From: Candidatus Lustribacter sp.
GTDB lineage: Bacteria; Vulcanimicrobiota; Vulcanimicrobiia; Vulcanimicrobiales; Vulcanimicrobiaceae
Length of the DNA stretch: 64,000 nucleotides
Assembly (NCBI GenBank): GCA_965277805.1
Contig: OZ255842.1
Location: 4,736,001-4,800,000 of the forward strand
Direction: 5' to 3'
Under the pieces are notes generated by a model, which did not search any database, had not been told where the DNA came from, and worked only from the letters and a program-made list of their open reading frames with translations. A program made the translations under genes and the position numbers. Numbering within the stretch: the first letter of the stretch is position 1; every line of letters begins with the position of its first letter. Below, in pieces: positions 55,989 through 64,000 of this stretch.

Positions 55989-57032
55989 CTACTGCAGCGA
56001 GACTTGGTTCGCGACGATCAGGAACGATGAGTCGGCCTTCGAGAGCGTTCCGCGAATCGTGATGTTTTTGCCGAGAAATGCGCCGAAGTCGATCTGCACC
56101 GTAGGTGCTTCCAGAACGAGCGCCGTTTCGCGGCCGGCGGCGTTCGCGAGGAAGTAGCCGTTCGGCCCCAGCTTCAACGTGCCGGAGAGTGAGGTGACGA
56201 ACTGCGGCTGCTCGAGCACGTTGGGGGTGATCGAGGCGACCTTGCGGTTCTGATTGGGGCCGCTGAAGTTCAGCAACGCGCTGATCTGCGCGATCCCTTT
56301 GACTTGCGGCGTCCAGATCGTGGTCACGCGCGTCGTCTGACCGGAGGTTGTCGGCGGTACGATGATGCGTGCCAGCTGCCCGCCGTTCGCGGTGATCGAG
56401 AGCGGCACGTTTTGTTCGGCGAACGTGCCGCTGTTCTGCACGGTCGCGACGATGACGGTGGCCGCGCCGACATAGGCCGGCGTGGTCAGCACGAGCGAGG
56501 TGATGCCCATATCGTGCACCGGCGTCGAGGAACCGCCGCCGCGCGCGAGATCGAGCGAAAAGCGCCCGATCGATGAGAAGATCGTCGACGCACCGGTCCC
56601 GATGATCGCGCGCACGCGCCAGTAATACACGCCGCCCGAAAGCGGGAGATTCGGCGGCTGCTGGCTGGTGAATCCGGAGCCCGGCAAGTTTTGGTTCTGG
56701 AACGTGAAGATCGTCGTCGGCGTATTGAGGTCGACGAGGATGTGGCTGCCGACGTCGGGTTGATCGGAGATCTGCAGTTCGTAGGTGACGGCGAGCGCAC
56801 CGGGCGCGACTTGCGGTTGGCGCCCGCGCGAGGTCAGCACGAAGTTGTAGACGTTGCCGGGGTTCACCGGCGTCCATTGGAACAGAATCGGAATGCCGAC
56901 GTTGAGCATCGGCGAGATCAGCGTCGGCGCCGGCACCTGCGGGATCGTCTGCGCGTGGGCCGTTGCGCCCGACGCTAAGGCGAGCGCAGCAGTGAGCGCG
57001 AGGCGTCGCGTGGTTCGAACGAGTGCGTGCAT
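55989..57032 (-). CDS. Secreted protein with FN3-like, CARDB-like and OB-like domains
   Basis: Signal peptide; YELQIS...YYWRVRA; V.N.G...; TGATG coupling. Confidence 0.7.
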   Translation of the reverse strand: MHALVRTTRRLALTAALALASGATAHAQTIPQVPAPTLISPMLNVGIPILFQWTPVNPGNVYNFVLTSRGRQPQVAPGALAVTYELQISDQPDVGSHILVDLNTPTTIFTFQNQNLPGSGFTSQQPPNLPLSGGVYYWRVRAIIGTGASTIFSSIGRFSLDLARGGGSSTPVHDMGITSLVLTTPAYVGAATVIVATVQNSGTFAEQNVPLSITANGGQLARIIVPPTTSGQTTRVTTIWTPQVKGIAQISALLNFSGPNQNRKVASITPNVLEQPQFVTSLSGTLKLGPNGYFLANAAGRETALVLEAPTVQIDFGAFLGKNITIRGTLSKADSSFLIVANQVSLQ

Positions 57033-58930
57033 CAGAATTGCCGATTGACGCTCAAGGCGCCGACGGACGTATTGATCATGCCGATGTTCTCCGTTACCGT
57101 AGCAGAAACCGAGTAGGGGCTATGCGGCGGCTTCACGGTCAAACCGTAGTTGTACGTGGTGGTCGGCGGGCTGACCACGCCGAAGGCAGGGAGCGTGAGC
57201 GCGTGATTGAGCTGCGTCGAGAGCGTAAAACTGCCGCGCGTCCAGGAGATCGATGCGGTCGCCGAATTGCTGACCGACGATTGGGTGTCGGAGCTGGCAT
57301 CGTTTTGGCTCAGATTGTATCCGCCCGAAATCGTGATGCCGGCGAACGGGGTGCGTGAGATCGTGATGCCGTCGGTCATGACGTGCAAGAGATCGCCGGT
57401 ATCGTCGCGCGTCTCCGTATCGGTGAGCGTGTATTGGATCGCGTACGGTCCGCGCCGCGTCGTATAGGCGAACGTCGTGCCGTCGTTGCCGCTGAAAGGC
57501 GCGACCGGCGTTCCCGTCTGATGCTGGATTCCGTTCACTCCCTGTAACGACAGCGTGTCCCCGTTCTTGAGCGGATAGGTGATGCCGATGTTCTCCGTCG
57601 AGTAGTGGGTTGTCTGTACAGCGGTCGAACCGGGAAGGTCGTTGCGATAGGCATTGAAGCCGAGTGTGACCTGCAGCACGCCCAACGGGAAGTTGACCGA
57701 GGCGCTCTCGTTCTCTTGATCGGGCGTGATCGACGGCGCGAGGCTGTTCGAAAACGCCGGCGTGGCGCGCACGTAGCTGAAGGCAAAGTGCGCCTTGCGG
57801 ATCGCGAAGCCGAACGACGTGTCGAACACCTGCCCGAACTGATCGGATCCGGTGATGTCGTCGAGATAGTACGACATGCCGTAGTGCAAGCCGTAGGTGA
57901 TCGTCGAGTTCCTCGCGGTCACGTCGTCGCCGAATCCGAAGAACGTGCCGTCGCGCATGAAATACGGTCCGCTGGCTTGCACGGGCCCATAGACGGTCTC
58001 GTAGGCACCCGTGACGGTGACCGACGTTCCGTGCAGCGGAAAGCCGTACTGCGCGGCCGATACTTCGAAGGGGTTCGTGGTGTCGTGATTGCCCGAGATG
58101 TAGGCGCCTTGCAAGTAGTTCGTCTGCGAGTATTGCTGCTTGAAGCCGAAGCCCGAACCGGTCGGGCCGGCGAGCACGTCGCGGTCGTAGGCGGGCGCGA
58201 ACGTGCCGATTTGCACGAGCGTGGTCGGTGTTTGGTAGCTGAAGATCGGCTTCGTTGCGCCCGGCGTGTTGGCGAGGCCGAGCGACGTCGTCACGCTCTG
58301 GTTGTTGGCGAATTTCCCGGTCATGTTCAAGGTGCCGCTCTGCGTTTGCTGCGCGGCGAAGCCCGCGTTGAGCGCGAGCGAACCGTTATAGCTTTGCGTC
58401 GGCACGTGCGGCGCGGGCGGGGCCTGCGGCTGCGCCGGGGCCGGGCTTTCGGCGACACCGGGCGCCGGAACTTGACCCGGCGGCGGCGATCCGGGCGGCA
58501 CGATCGTCGCGGCCCCTGCCGAACCGCCGACCACGATGCCGACCGGCGGTGACGTTTCGGATTCCTTACCGTGCGCAAGCTGCGCGCGCACGACGAGCGG
58601 CCCGGCATAACCCTGCGGCAGCGCGAGATCGGCGAAGACCATCGTGGTCTGCTGCGGCGTTGCGGCCTCGGTTGCCGTGAGCGGTGAACCGGTCACGACG
58701 ACGTTGCCGTTGGGATCGGTCGCCGTCAGCGTGAGCGAATACGAACTCGGGGCCCACACGAGGTTGTCGTCGGGCGAAACCGCGATTTGAAACGTCACCG
58801 TCCCGCCGACGTCGGGGGCGAGGTTTTTCGCGATGATTTCTTCGATCGCGTTGTCGGCCAGCGCGGCACGCGGCGCCGCTAACGCGAGGCCGACCAGCGC
58901 GGCAAGAGAAACGTGCCAGACGCGATTCAC
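57032..58930 (-). CDS. Putative outer-membrane beta-barrel with N-terminal Ig-like domain
   Basis: Signal peptide, Pro-rich linker, long alternating amphipathic strands, C-terminal Phe; GTG 58930. Confidence 0.65.
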   Translation of the reverse strand: MNRVWHVSLAALVGLALAAPRAALADNAIEEIIAKNLAPDVGGTVTFQIAVSPDDNLVWAPSSYSLTLTATDPNGNVVVTGSPLTATEAATPQQTTMVFADLALPQGYAGPLVVRAQLAHGKESETSPPVGIVVGGSAGAATIVPPGSPPPGQVPAPGVAESPAPAQPQAPPAPHVPTQSYNGSLALNAGFAAQQTQSGTLNMTGKFANNQSVTTSLGLANTPGATKPIFSYQTPTTLVQIGTFAPAYDRDVLAGPTGSGFGFKQQYSQTNYLQGAYISGNHDTTNPFEVSAAQYGFPLHGTSVTVTGAYETVYGPVQASGPYFMRDGTFFGFGDDVTARNSTITYGLHYGMSYYLDDITGSDQFGQVFDTSFGFAIRKAHFAFSYVRATPAFSNSLAPSITPDQENESASVNFPLGVLQVTLGFNAYRNDLPGSTAVQTTHYSTENIGITYPLKNGDTLSLQGVNGIQHQTGTPVAPFSGNDGTTFAYTTRRGPYAIQYTLTDTETRDDTGDLLHVMTDGITISRTPFAGITISGGYNLSQNDASSDTQSSVSNSATASISWTRGSFTLSTQLNHALTLPAFGVVSPPTTTYNYGLTVKPPHSPYSVSATVTENIGMINTSVGALSVNRQF

Positions 58931-60093
58931 GGGCTTTGCCGCGTTTGTGCGTTGACGTTGAACTGGTTGTTGTTGACGTCGACGAAGATGCTCTTGCTCA
59001 CCGATCCGAACGTGCCGGTGAGCGTACACGCGTGGGCGACGTTGCTGCTGGGCGCGACGTTCCCGGTCACGTTCACCGTCGCCGGCGTTCCGGCCGGCAC
59101 GGACGTTTGCGAGAGCGAGATCGCGGCACCGCTCACGCACGTGTCGGTGAGCGCGACCGGTCCGGCTCCGCCGGTGAGCGTCACGGTGACCGGCGCGCTC
59201 GGACCGCCGACGGAAACGCTGACGTCGGCGGGCGTAATCGACAGCACCGGCGTGGCCGAGCCGGTGAACGCCGGGAAGGGCGCGGTGACCGTCTTATTGC
59301 CGATCTGCGCGGCCACGCTCGGATTGGCGGCGGGCGTGCCGTCGTACGTCACGGTGACGGGGGTACTGGGGCTGGTCACGGTGCCGGGTGAAAACGTGAA
59401 CCCGGGCGTCTGAGACACGAGAACGAGCGGCGTGCTGAACGGCACGGCGCCCGGGATCGGATTGCCGTCGGCATCGAGCGCGGTGAAGATCAGCGATGTG
59501 GTTCCCGGAACACCATTGGCGAGCGGCGCTCCTACGGCGAGTTGCACGCCGGCGGCCACGGGCTGCAGCGTTGCGTTCACATTAGCGACGCCGTCGACGG
59601 CCGGCGGTACCGGAACGGTGACGGTCGAGAGCAGATTGCCTTGCGAGTTGGGCTGATCGAAGAACTCGATGACGAAGTTCGTCGCGCTCGATTGCGCGAC
59701 GACCGAGATGTCGCACTCGGTCAAGCCGTTGACGACCGTGCAGTCCGGCGGCAATGGCGAGAGGTTCAACTGCGCGCCGATCGCGGTCGCCGTGCCGTAT
59801 TGGACATCGACCTCGAGCGATTGCGATGACGGTGAAATGTACGCCGCGTGCCGCACATTCGAACTCGTCGTGCGCGACGGGACGGCGAACGAAAAGCGCG
59901 CGGTCAATGCGGCGCTGCTCGTGGCGGGGGTGGCTCCCGGGCCGCTTGAGCCTCCGCCACCGCAGCCGGCGCACAACGCCAAACTCGAGACGAATATGAG
60001 CGCGCGGATGCCTCTCAAACGACGAAATCCCCTACCATGTAAAGTGTCCGACAGCTTTCTCAGCGTGCCGATGCCTGCCTGCGGCCTTACCAT
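58927..60093 (-). CDS. Ig-fold-rich lipoprotein
   Basis: Lipobox CAGC-GGGGSS; Thr/Val/Pro-rich beta domains; start may be later (e.g. TTG 60018). Confidence 0.75.
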   Translation of the reverse strand: MVRPQAGIGTLRKLSDTLHGRGFRRLRGIRALIFVSSLALCAGCGGGGSSGPGATPATSSAALTARFSFAVPSRTTSSNVRHAAYISPSSQSLEVDVQYGTATAIGAQLNLSPLPPDCTVVNGLTECDISVVAQSSATNFVIEFFDQPNSQGNLLSTVTVPVPPAVDGVANVNATLQPVAAGVQLAVGAPLANGVPGTTSLIFTALDADGNPIPGAVPFSTPLVLVSQTPGFTFSPGTVTSPSTPVTVTYDGTPAANPSVAAQIGNKTVTAPFPAFTGSATPVLSITPADVSVSVGGPSAPVTVTLTGGAGPVALTDTCVSGAAISLSQTSVPAGTPATVNVTGNVAPSSNVAHACTLTGTFGSVSKSIFVDVNNNQFNVNAQTRQSP

Positions 60094-60201
60094 TCATTTG
60101 AACTTCGGCAATTGGGCGTCCAATTCGCACGGCCGCGGATCGCGGTTGCCTGGGAGGCCCACCCTCCCGATCCGCTAACGGATCGAGCCTTGGCCGCACG
60201 G

Positions 60202-61089
60202 ATGAATCCCGGCGCGTGGATCGCCGCCTACGTGCTGCAGCACGTTTCGCCGCTATTCTGGCGGCCGCGCAAAGAGCTGTACTTCGGCACCCGCCGCATT
60301 GCGCGGCCGGCTGAGGTTCGCGTTCCGACGCGCCACGGCGAGGTGCGCTGCCTCATATACCGTCCGCCGAACTCGGCGGCGCCGCCGCCCGTGCACGTGC
60401 TGATTCACGGCGGCGGCATGTTCGGCCGTTATCCTGAACAGGACGATCACATCGCTACGTATCTCGCATCGGAGACCGGCGCGGTCGTCGTCAGCATCGA
60501 TTACGACGTCACGCCGCAAGTGCAATATCCGGTGGCAGAGGAAGAATGCTATGACGTTGCGCTGTGGGTTCACGCGAACGCAGCGCCCGGCGGGTGGGAT
60601 CCGGATCGCATCTCGGTCGGCGGCGAGAGCGCCGGCGGCAAGCTCGCGATCAACGTGTGCCAACTCGCGTACGCGGGCGGTGTCTTTCGTCCGTGTGCGC
60701 TCGTCGCGGCATATGCGGTCGCCGACGTCACGCGCACCGATCGCACGTCGAGCAAACGCTTCGCGAAAATTTCGCCTGCGCTGCAGCGCGTGGTCAGCAA
60801 CACGTACTTTGCCGACGCAGGGCGGCGCCGCGAAGCGCTCGCGTCGCCGCTCTTCGATCCGCACTTGGCGCTCGCGCTTCCGGCGACGCTGATCCTGACC
60901 GGCGAGTACGATACGCTCGCTCCCGAGATGGATCGTCTCGCGCAGATGCTCGCTGCGGCCGGAGTACCCGTCGTTCACCGGCAGTTCGCGCGGATCGATC
61001 ACGGATTCACCCACGGACCGCCGGTGGCAACGGCGCGTGAAGCGATTGCTCTGACGGGCGCTCACCTGGCTGCTGCCTACGGGCGATGA
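60202..61089 (+). CDS. HSL-family esterase/lipase
   Basis: HGGG, GESAGG, D.L, HGF. Confidence 0.9.
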   Translation: MNPGAWIAAYVLQHVSPLFWRPRKELYFGTRRIARPAEVRVPTRHGEVRCLIYRPPNSAAPPPVHVLIHGGGMFGRYPEQDDHIATYLASETGAVVVSIDYDVTPQVQYPVAEEECYDVALWVHANAAPGGWDPDRISVGGESAGGKLAINVCQLAYAGGVFRPCALVAAYAVADVTRTDRTSSKRFAKISPALQRVVSNTYFADAGRRREALASPLFDPHLALALPATLILTGEYDTLAPEMDRLAQMLAAAGVPVVHRQFARIDHGFTHGPPVATAREAIALTGAHLAAAYGR

Positions 61090-61093
61090 CGAC

Positions 61094-61130
61094 GTACGGT
61101 ACCGTACAGGCTTAAAGTACCAAAGCGTAC
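61094..61130. promoter_or_regulatory. Tandem GTAC-N6-GTAC sites upstream of desaturase
   Basis: Perfect palindrome GTACGGTACCGTAC (61094-61107) and GTACCAAAGCGTAC (61117-61130). Confidence 0.5.
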
Positions 61131-61179
61131 AAGAACGCAGGGTCGCGTTCCACACTGGCATCTTTCTAAGCCGGTCTTT

Positions 61180-62058
61180 TTGCAACAATTGAGCAGTGAA
61201 CCCACGGTGCCCGTCCGGATTCCGACGGACGGCAAAGGCACGGGCATCGGGTTACTCATCCTCCATGTGGGGACGCTGCTCGCATTGATTCCGGCGACGT
61301 TCTCGTGGTCGGGTGTCGTGGTGGCGATCGTGCTGTGCAACCTGACCGGCGGCGTCGGGCTCTCGCTCGGCTACCACCGCATGCTTACACACCAGAGTTT
61401 GCGCGTTCCACGCTGGCTCGCGTACACGATCGCGGCGATCGGCGTCCTGGGAATGGAAGGCGGTCCGATCACCTGGGTGGCGACGCATCGGCGCCATCAC
61501 GCAAATTCCGATAGTGCGGGCGATCCGCACAACGGCCGCCGCGGTTTGCGTTGGAGTCAGCTCCTGTGGCTCTATAAGCCCAACGACGCGCGACCGACGC
61601 AAGACGAAATGCTGCATCTCACGCCGGATCTGTCCGCCGATCCGTTCTACCGTTTTTTGGAACGCACGAACATCTTCTGGCAGATCGGCCTCGGCGCGCT
61701 GCTGCTGCTCTTCGGCGGCTGGTCGTGGGTGATCTGGGGCATGTTCGTGCGCGTCGTGTTTACCATCCACGTGACCGGACTCGTGAACAGCGTCGCGCAC
61801 ACCTTCGGCTATCAGACGTATCGCACGGGCGATCAGTCGAGAAACAACTGGTGGGTGGCGATGCTGACCTGGGGCGACGGCTGGCACAACAACCACCACG
61901 CGTTCCCGGCGAGCGCGCGGCACGGGCTGCGCTGGTTCGAACTCGACCCGACGTGGCTTGCGATTTGTTTATTGCGCCGGGTCGGGCTCGCGCGCGACGT
62001 CCATTTCCCGAGCGCGGTCGCAATGGCGCGCGGGCTGGTGAACGGACCGCTGCCCTAG
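61180..62058 (+). CDS. Delta-9 type membrane fatty acid desaturase
   Basis: His boxes HRMLTH, HRRHH, HNNHH. Confidence 0.92.
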   Translation: MQQLSSEPTVPVRIPTDGKGTGIGLLILHVGTLLALIPATFSWSGVVVAIVLCNLTGGVGLSLGYHRMLTHQSLRVPRWLAYTIAAIGVLGMEGGPITWVATHRRHHANSDSAGDPHNGRRGLRWSQLLWLYKPNDARPTQDEMLHLTPDLSADPFYRFLERTNIFWQIGLGALLLLFGGWSWVIWGMFVRVVFTIHVTGLVNSVAHTFGYQTYRTGDQSRNNWWVAMLTWGDGWHNNHHAFPASARHGLRWFELDPTWLAICLLRRVGLARDVHFPSAVAMARGLVNGPLP

Positions 62059-62071
62059 AAGCCCGAGCCGA

Positions 62072-63031
62072 ATGGCAATTCCGGTTTCGCGGCGGCTGGA
62101 TTTCTCCGAGATCCCGATCGTCGATGTTGGCGGCCTCGTGGCCGGTGAGGACGATGCGCTAGCGATCGCGCAACTCGGCCGCGCGTGCACCGACGTCGGC
62201 TTCGTGTACGTGAAGCACCACGGCGTTGCTCCGCGGCTCGTCGAGGACGTCGCAACGCAGGCGGCGCGCTTCTTCGCGCGGCCGATGGACGAGAAGCTGA
62301 CGATCACCGTCGACCCGCGCATGCGCGGCTATTTGCCGCTCAACTACACGAGCCTGATCGGTGAGCCCGGTGGCGGCGTGAGCCGGCAAGAGGGCTTTTG
62401 GATCGGCCGCGACGGCGAGCTCGACGCGGTCAATGCGCTCGCCGGACCGAACCGTTGGCTCGCGAGCGAACCGGGTCTCGCGCCCGCAATGTTCGCCTAT
62501 TTCGATGCCGTCGAAAAACTCGGCGATGCGCTGCTGCGCGGCTTCGCGCTCGCGCTGGGTCTGCAGCACGATTTCTTCGCGCCGCTGTTCGCCGCTCCGC
62601 AGTCGCGCTTGAAACTCAACCACTATCCGCCGCAGATGATCGCCGCCGACGAGGGCGACATCGGCGTCGTCGGGCATTCGGATTCGGGCGGCTTCACGAT
62701 CTTGTGGCAAGATGACAACGGCGGCCTCGAGGTACAGTCGCGGAACGGCGATTGGGTCGGCGCGCCGCCGATAGCGGATACGTTCGTGATCAATCTCGGC
62801 AACGTCATGCAGATTTGGACCGGCGGACGCTTTTCATCGACGCCGCACCGCGTCATCAACCGTAGCGGCAGCGACCGGTATTCCATACCGTTGTTCGTCA
62901 ATCCCAATTACGACGCGGCGATCGCGCCGCTCACCGGTGCACCGGATTCCGTGGCGGCGCCGAACTTTGCCGCCTACCAGACGGAAATTTGGCGCAAGAT
63001 CTTCCCCGTCGCGTACGCAGGCCGCTCGTGA
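62072..63031 (+). CDS. 2OG-Fe(II) oxygenase, IPNS/DIOX family
   Basis: IPIVD, GF.YV..HGV, HSD...H, RYS. Confidence 0.92.
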   Translation: MAIPVSRRLDFSEIPIVDVGGLVAGEDDALAIAQLGRACTDVGFVYVKHHGVAPRLVEDVATQAARFFARPMDEKLTITVDPRMRGYLPLNYTSLIGEPGGGVSRQEGFWIGRDGELDAVNALAGPNRWLASEPGLAPAMFAYFDAVEKLGDALLRGFALALGLQHDFFAPLFAAPQSRLKLNHYPPQMIAADEGDIGVVGHSDSGGFTILWQDDNGGLEVQSRNGDWVGAPPIADTFVINLGNVMQIWTGGRFSSTPHRVINRSGSDRYSIPLFVNPNYDAAIAPLTGAPDSVAAPNFAAYQTEIWRKIFPVAYAGRS

Positions 63032-63825
63032 ACGTGCACCTCGTCGACGGCACCTACGAATTGTTCCGCCACTTCTTCGCGCTGCCGTCGGCGCGCGACG
63101 CCGAAGGGCGCGAGATCGCGGCGGTGCGCGGGGTCGTTGCGTCGGTCCGGGCGATGGCACGGGAAGGCGCTACGCACATCGGGGTTGCGACCGACCACGT
63201 CATCGAGTCGTTTCGTAACGGCCTGTACGCCGGCTACAAAACCGGCGAGGGGATCGACGCCGATCTGTGGGCGCAGTTTCCGTTGCTCGAAGAAGCGCTG
63301 GCGGCCGCCGGCTTCGCCGTTTGGCCGATGGTGGAATTCGAGGCCGACGACGGTCTCGCCGCCGCGGCCGCCATCGCGAGCGCCGATCCACGCGTGGAAC
63401 GCGTCATCATCGCCACGCCCGACAAGGATCTCGCGCAGTGCGTACGCGGCACGCGCGTCGTGCAGTTGAATCGCCGTACGAACACGTACTTCGATGAAGC
63501 CGGCATCGTGGCGAAATTCGGCGTGCCGCCGGCGAGTATTCCCGACTACCTGGCGCTGGTCGGAGACGCCGCCGATGGTTTTCCAGGACTGCCCGGCTGG
63601 GGCGCCAAATCGGCCGCCCGCGTGCTCTTCCGATACGGACACATCGAAGCGATTCCGGCCGATCCGCGTGATTGGGACGTCACCGTCGCCGGTGCTGCCC
63701 GGCTGGCCCAAACGTTGCAGCGCGAGCGGCAGAACGCGCTGCTCTTTCGCACGCTGGCCACGCTGCGCACCGATATCCCGCTCTTCGACGACGTTGAATC
63801 GCTTCGCTGGCAGGGTGCGCAATGA
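63028..63825 (+). CDS. Stand-alone 5'-3' exonuclease/flap endonuclease
   Basis: LVDG, YK, EADD, DKD, LVGD.ADG.PG..G.G.K; GTG 63028. Confidence 0.92.
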   Translation: MNVHLVDGTYELFRHFFALPSARDAEGREIAAVRGVVASVRAMAREGATHIGVATDHVIESFRNGLYAGYKTGEGIDADLWAQFPLLEEALAAAGFAVWPMVEFEADDGLAAAAAIASADPRVERVIIATPDKDLAQCVRGTRVVQLNRRTNTYFDEAGIVAKFGVPPASIPDYLALVGDAADGFPGLPGWGAKSAARVLFRYGHIEAIPADPRDWDVTVAGAARLAQTLQRERQNALLFRTLATLRTDIPLFDDVESLRWQGAQ

Positions 63826-64000
63826 CGATGCAGCGTCGCGTCCTAACGCTCCTGTGGGTCGAGTTCTTCACCGCGTATCTCGACCGGACGAATATCGCGG
63901 TCGCCGGGCCGACGCTGATGAAGTCGCTCGCGATCACGCCGCAACTCTTCGGCTACGTGCTGGCGGCCTTTACGGCCGGATATGCCGTGATGCAAGTGCC
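63822..64000 (+). CDS. MFS transporter, ACS-like (partial)
   Basis: Manual translation MTMQRRVLTLLWVEFFTAYLDRTNIAVAGP...; YLDR.N motif; ATGA overlap. Confidence 0.85.
   Translation, partial: MTMQRRVLTLLWVEFFTAYLDRTNIAVAGPTLMKSLAITPQLFGYVLAAFTAGYAVMQV

Noticed and set aside
1-64000. tRNA, rRNA, IS, integrase or prophage
   Set aside because: None recognised; intergenic gaps are short and no transposase, recombinase or phage motifs were seen. A covariance-model scan was not possible.

Overview
GC-rich bacterial chromosomal window with about 75 densely packed CDS and no recognisable rRNA, tRNA, CRISPR array, transposase or integrase. The expanded SsuA/THI5-type binding proteins and C-GGGG lipoproteins with Vgb/NHL propellers resemble Vulcanimicrobiota (Ca. 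Eremiobacterota); this taxonomy is an inference. The window is dominated by aromatic and organic-acid catabolism: three Rieske oxygenases, an extradiol dioxygenase, a NahE/PhdJ-like hydratase-aldolase, fused and split gentisate-type bicupins, a double-domain 3-hydroxyanthranilate-dioxygenase-like protein, a hydroxycinnamoyl-CoA hydratase-lyase-like enzyme with a CoA ligase, and eight solute-binding-fold proteins with no cognate permease. Four of the catabolic promoters share a TAG-N4-CTA operator-like motif. The strongest novelty candidates are: (1) a MarR-flanked operon of Rieske ferredoxin, small protein, amidohydrolase-fold protein and Nramp that looks like a Mn-cofactored dinuclear monooxygenase with its own metal importer; (2) a lipoprotein / beta-barrel / Ig-domain surface operon whose lipoprotein N-domain recurs in the window and is reminiscent of type V pilins; (3) an aegerolysin/Cry34-like gene pair between LuxR regulators; (4) an orphan protein with a tandem CxxxC-x9-CxxxC domain; (5) a HAO-like fusion coupled to a signal-less TAXI protein. 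All family calls come from reading motifs by eye; no database searches were run.
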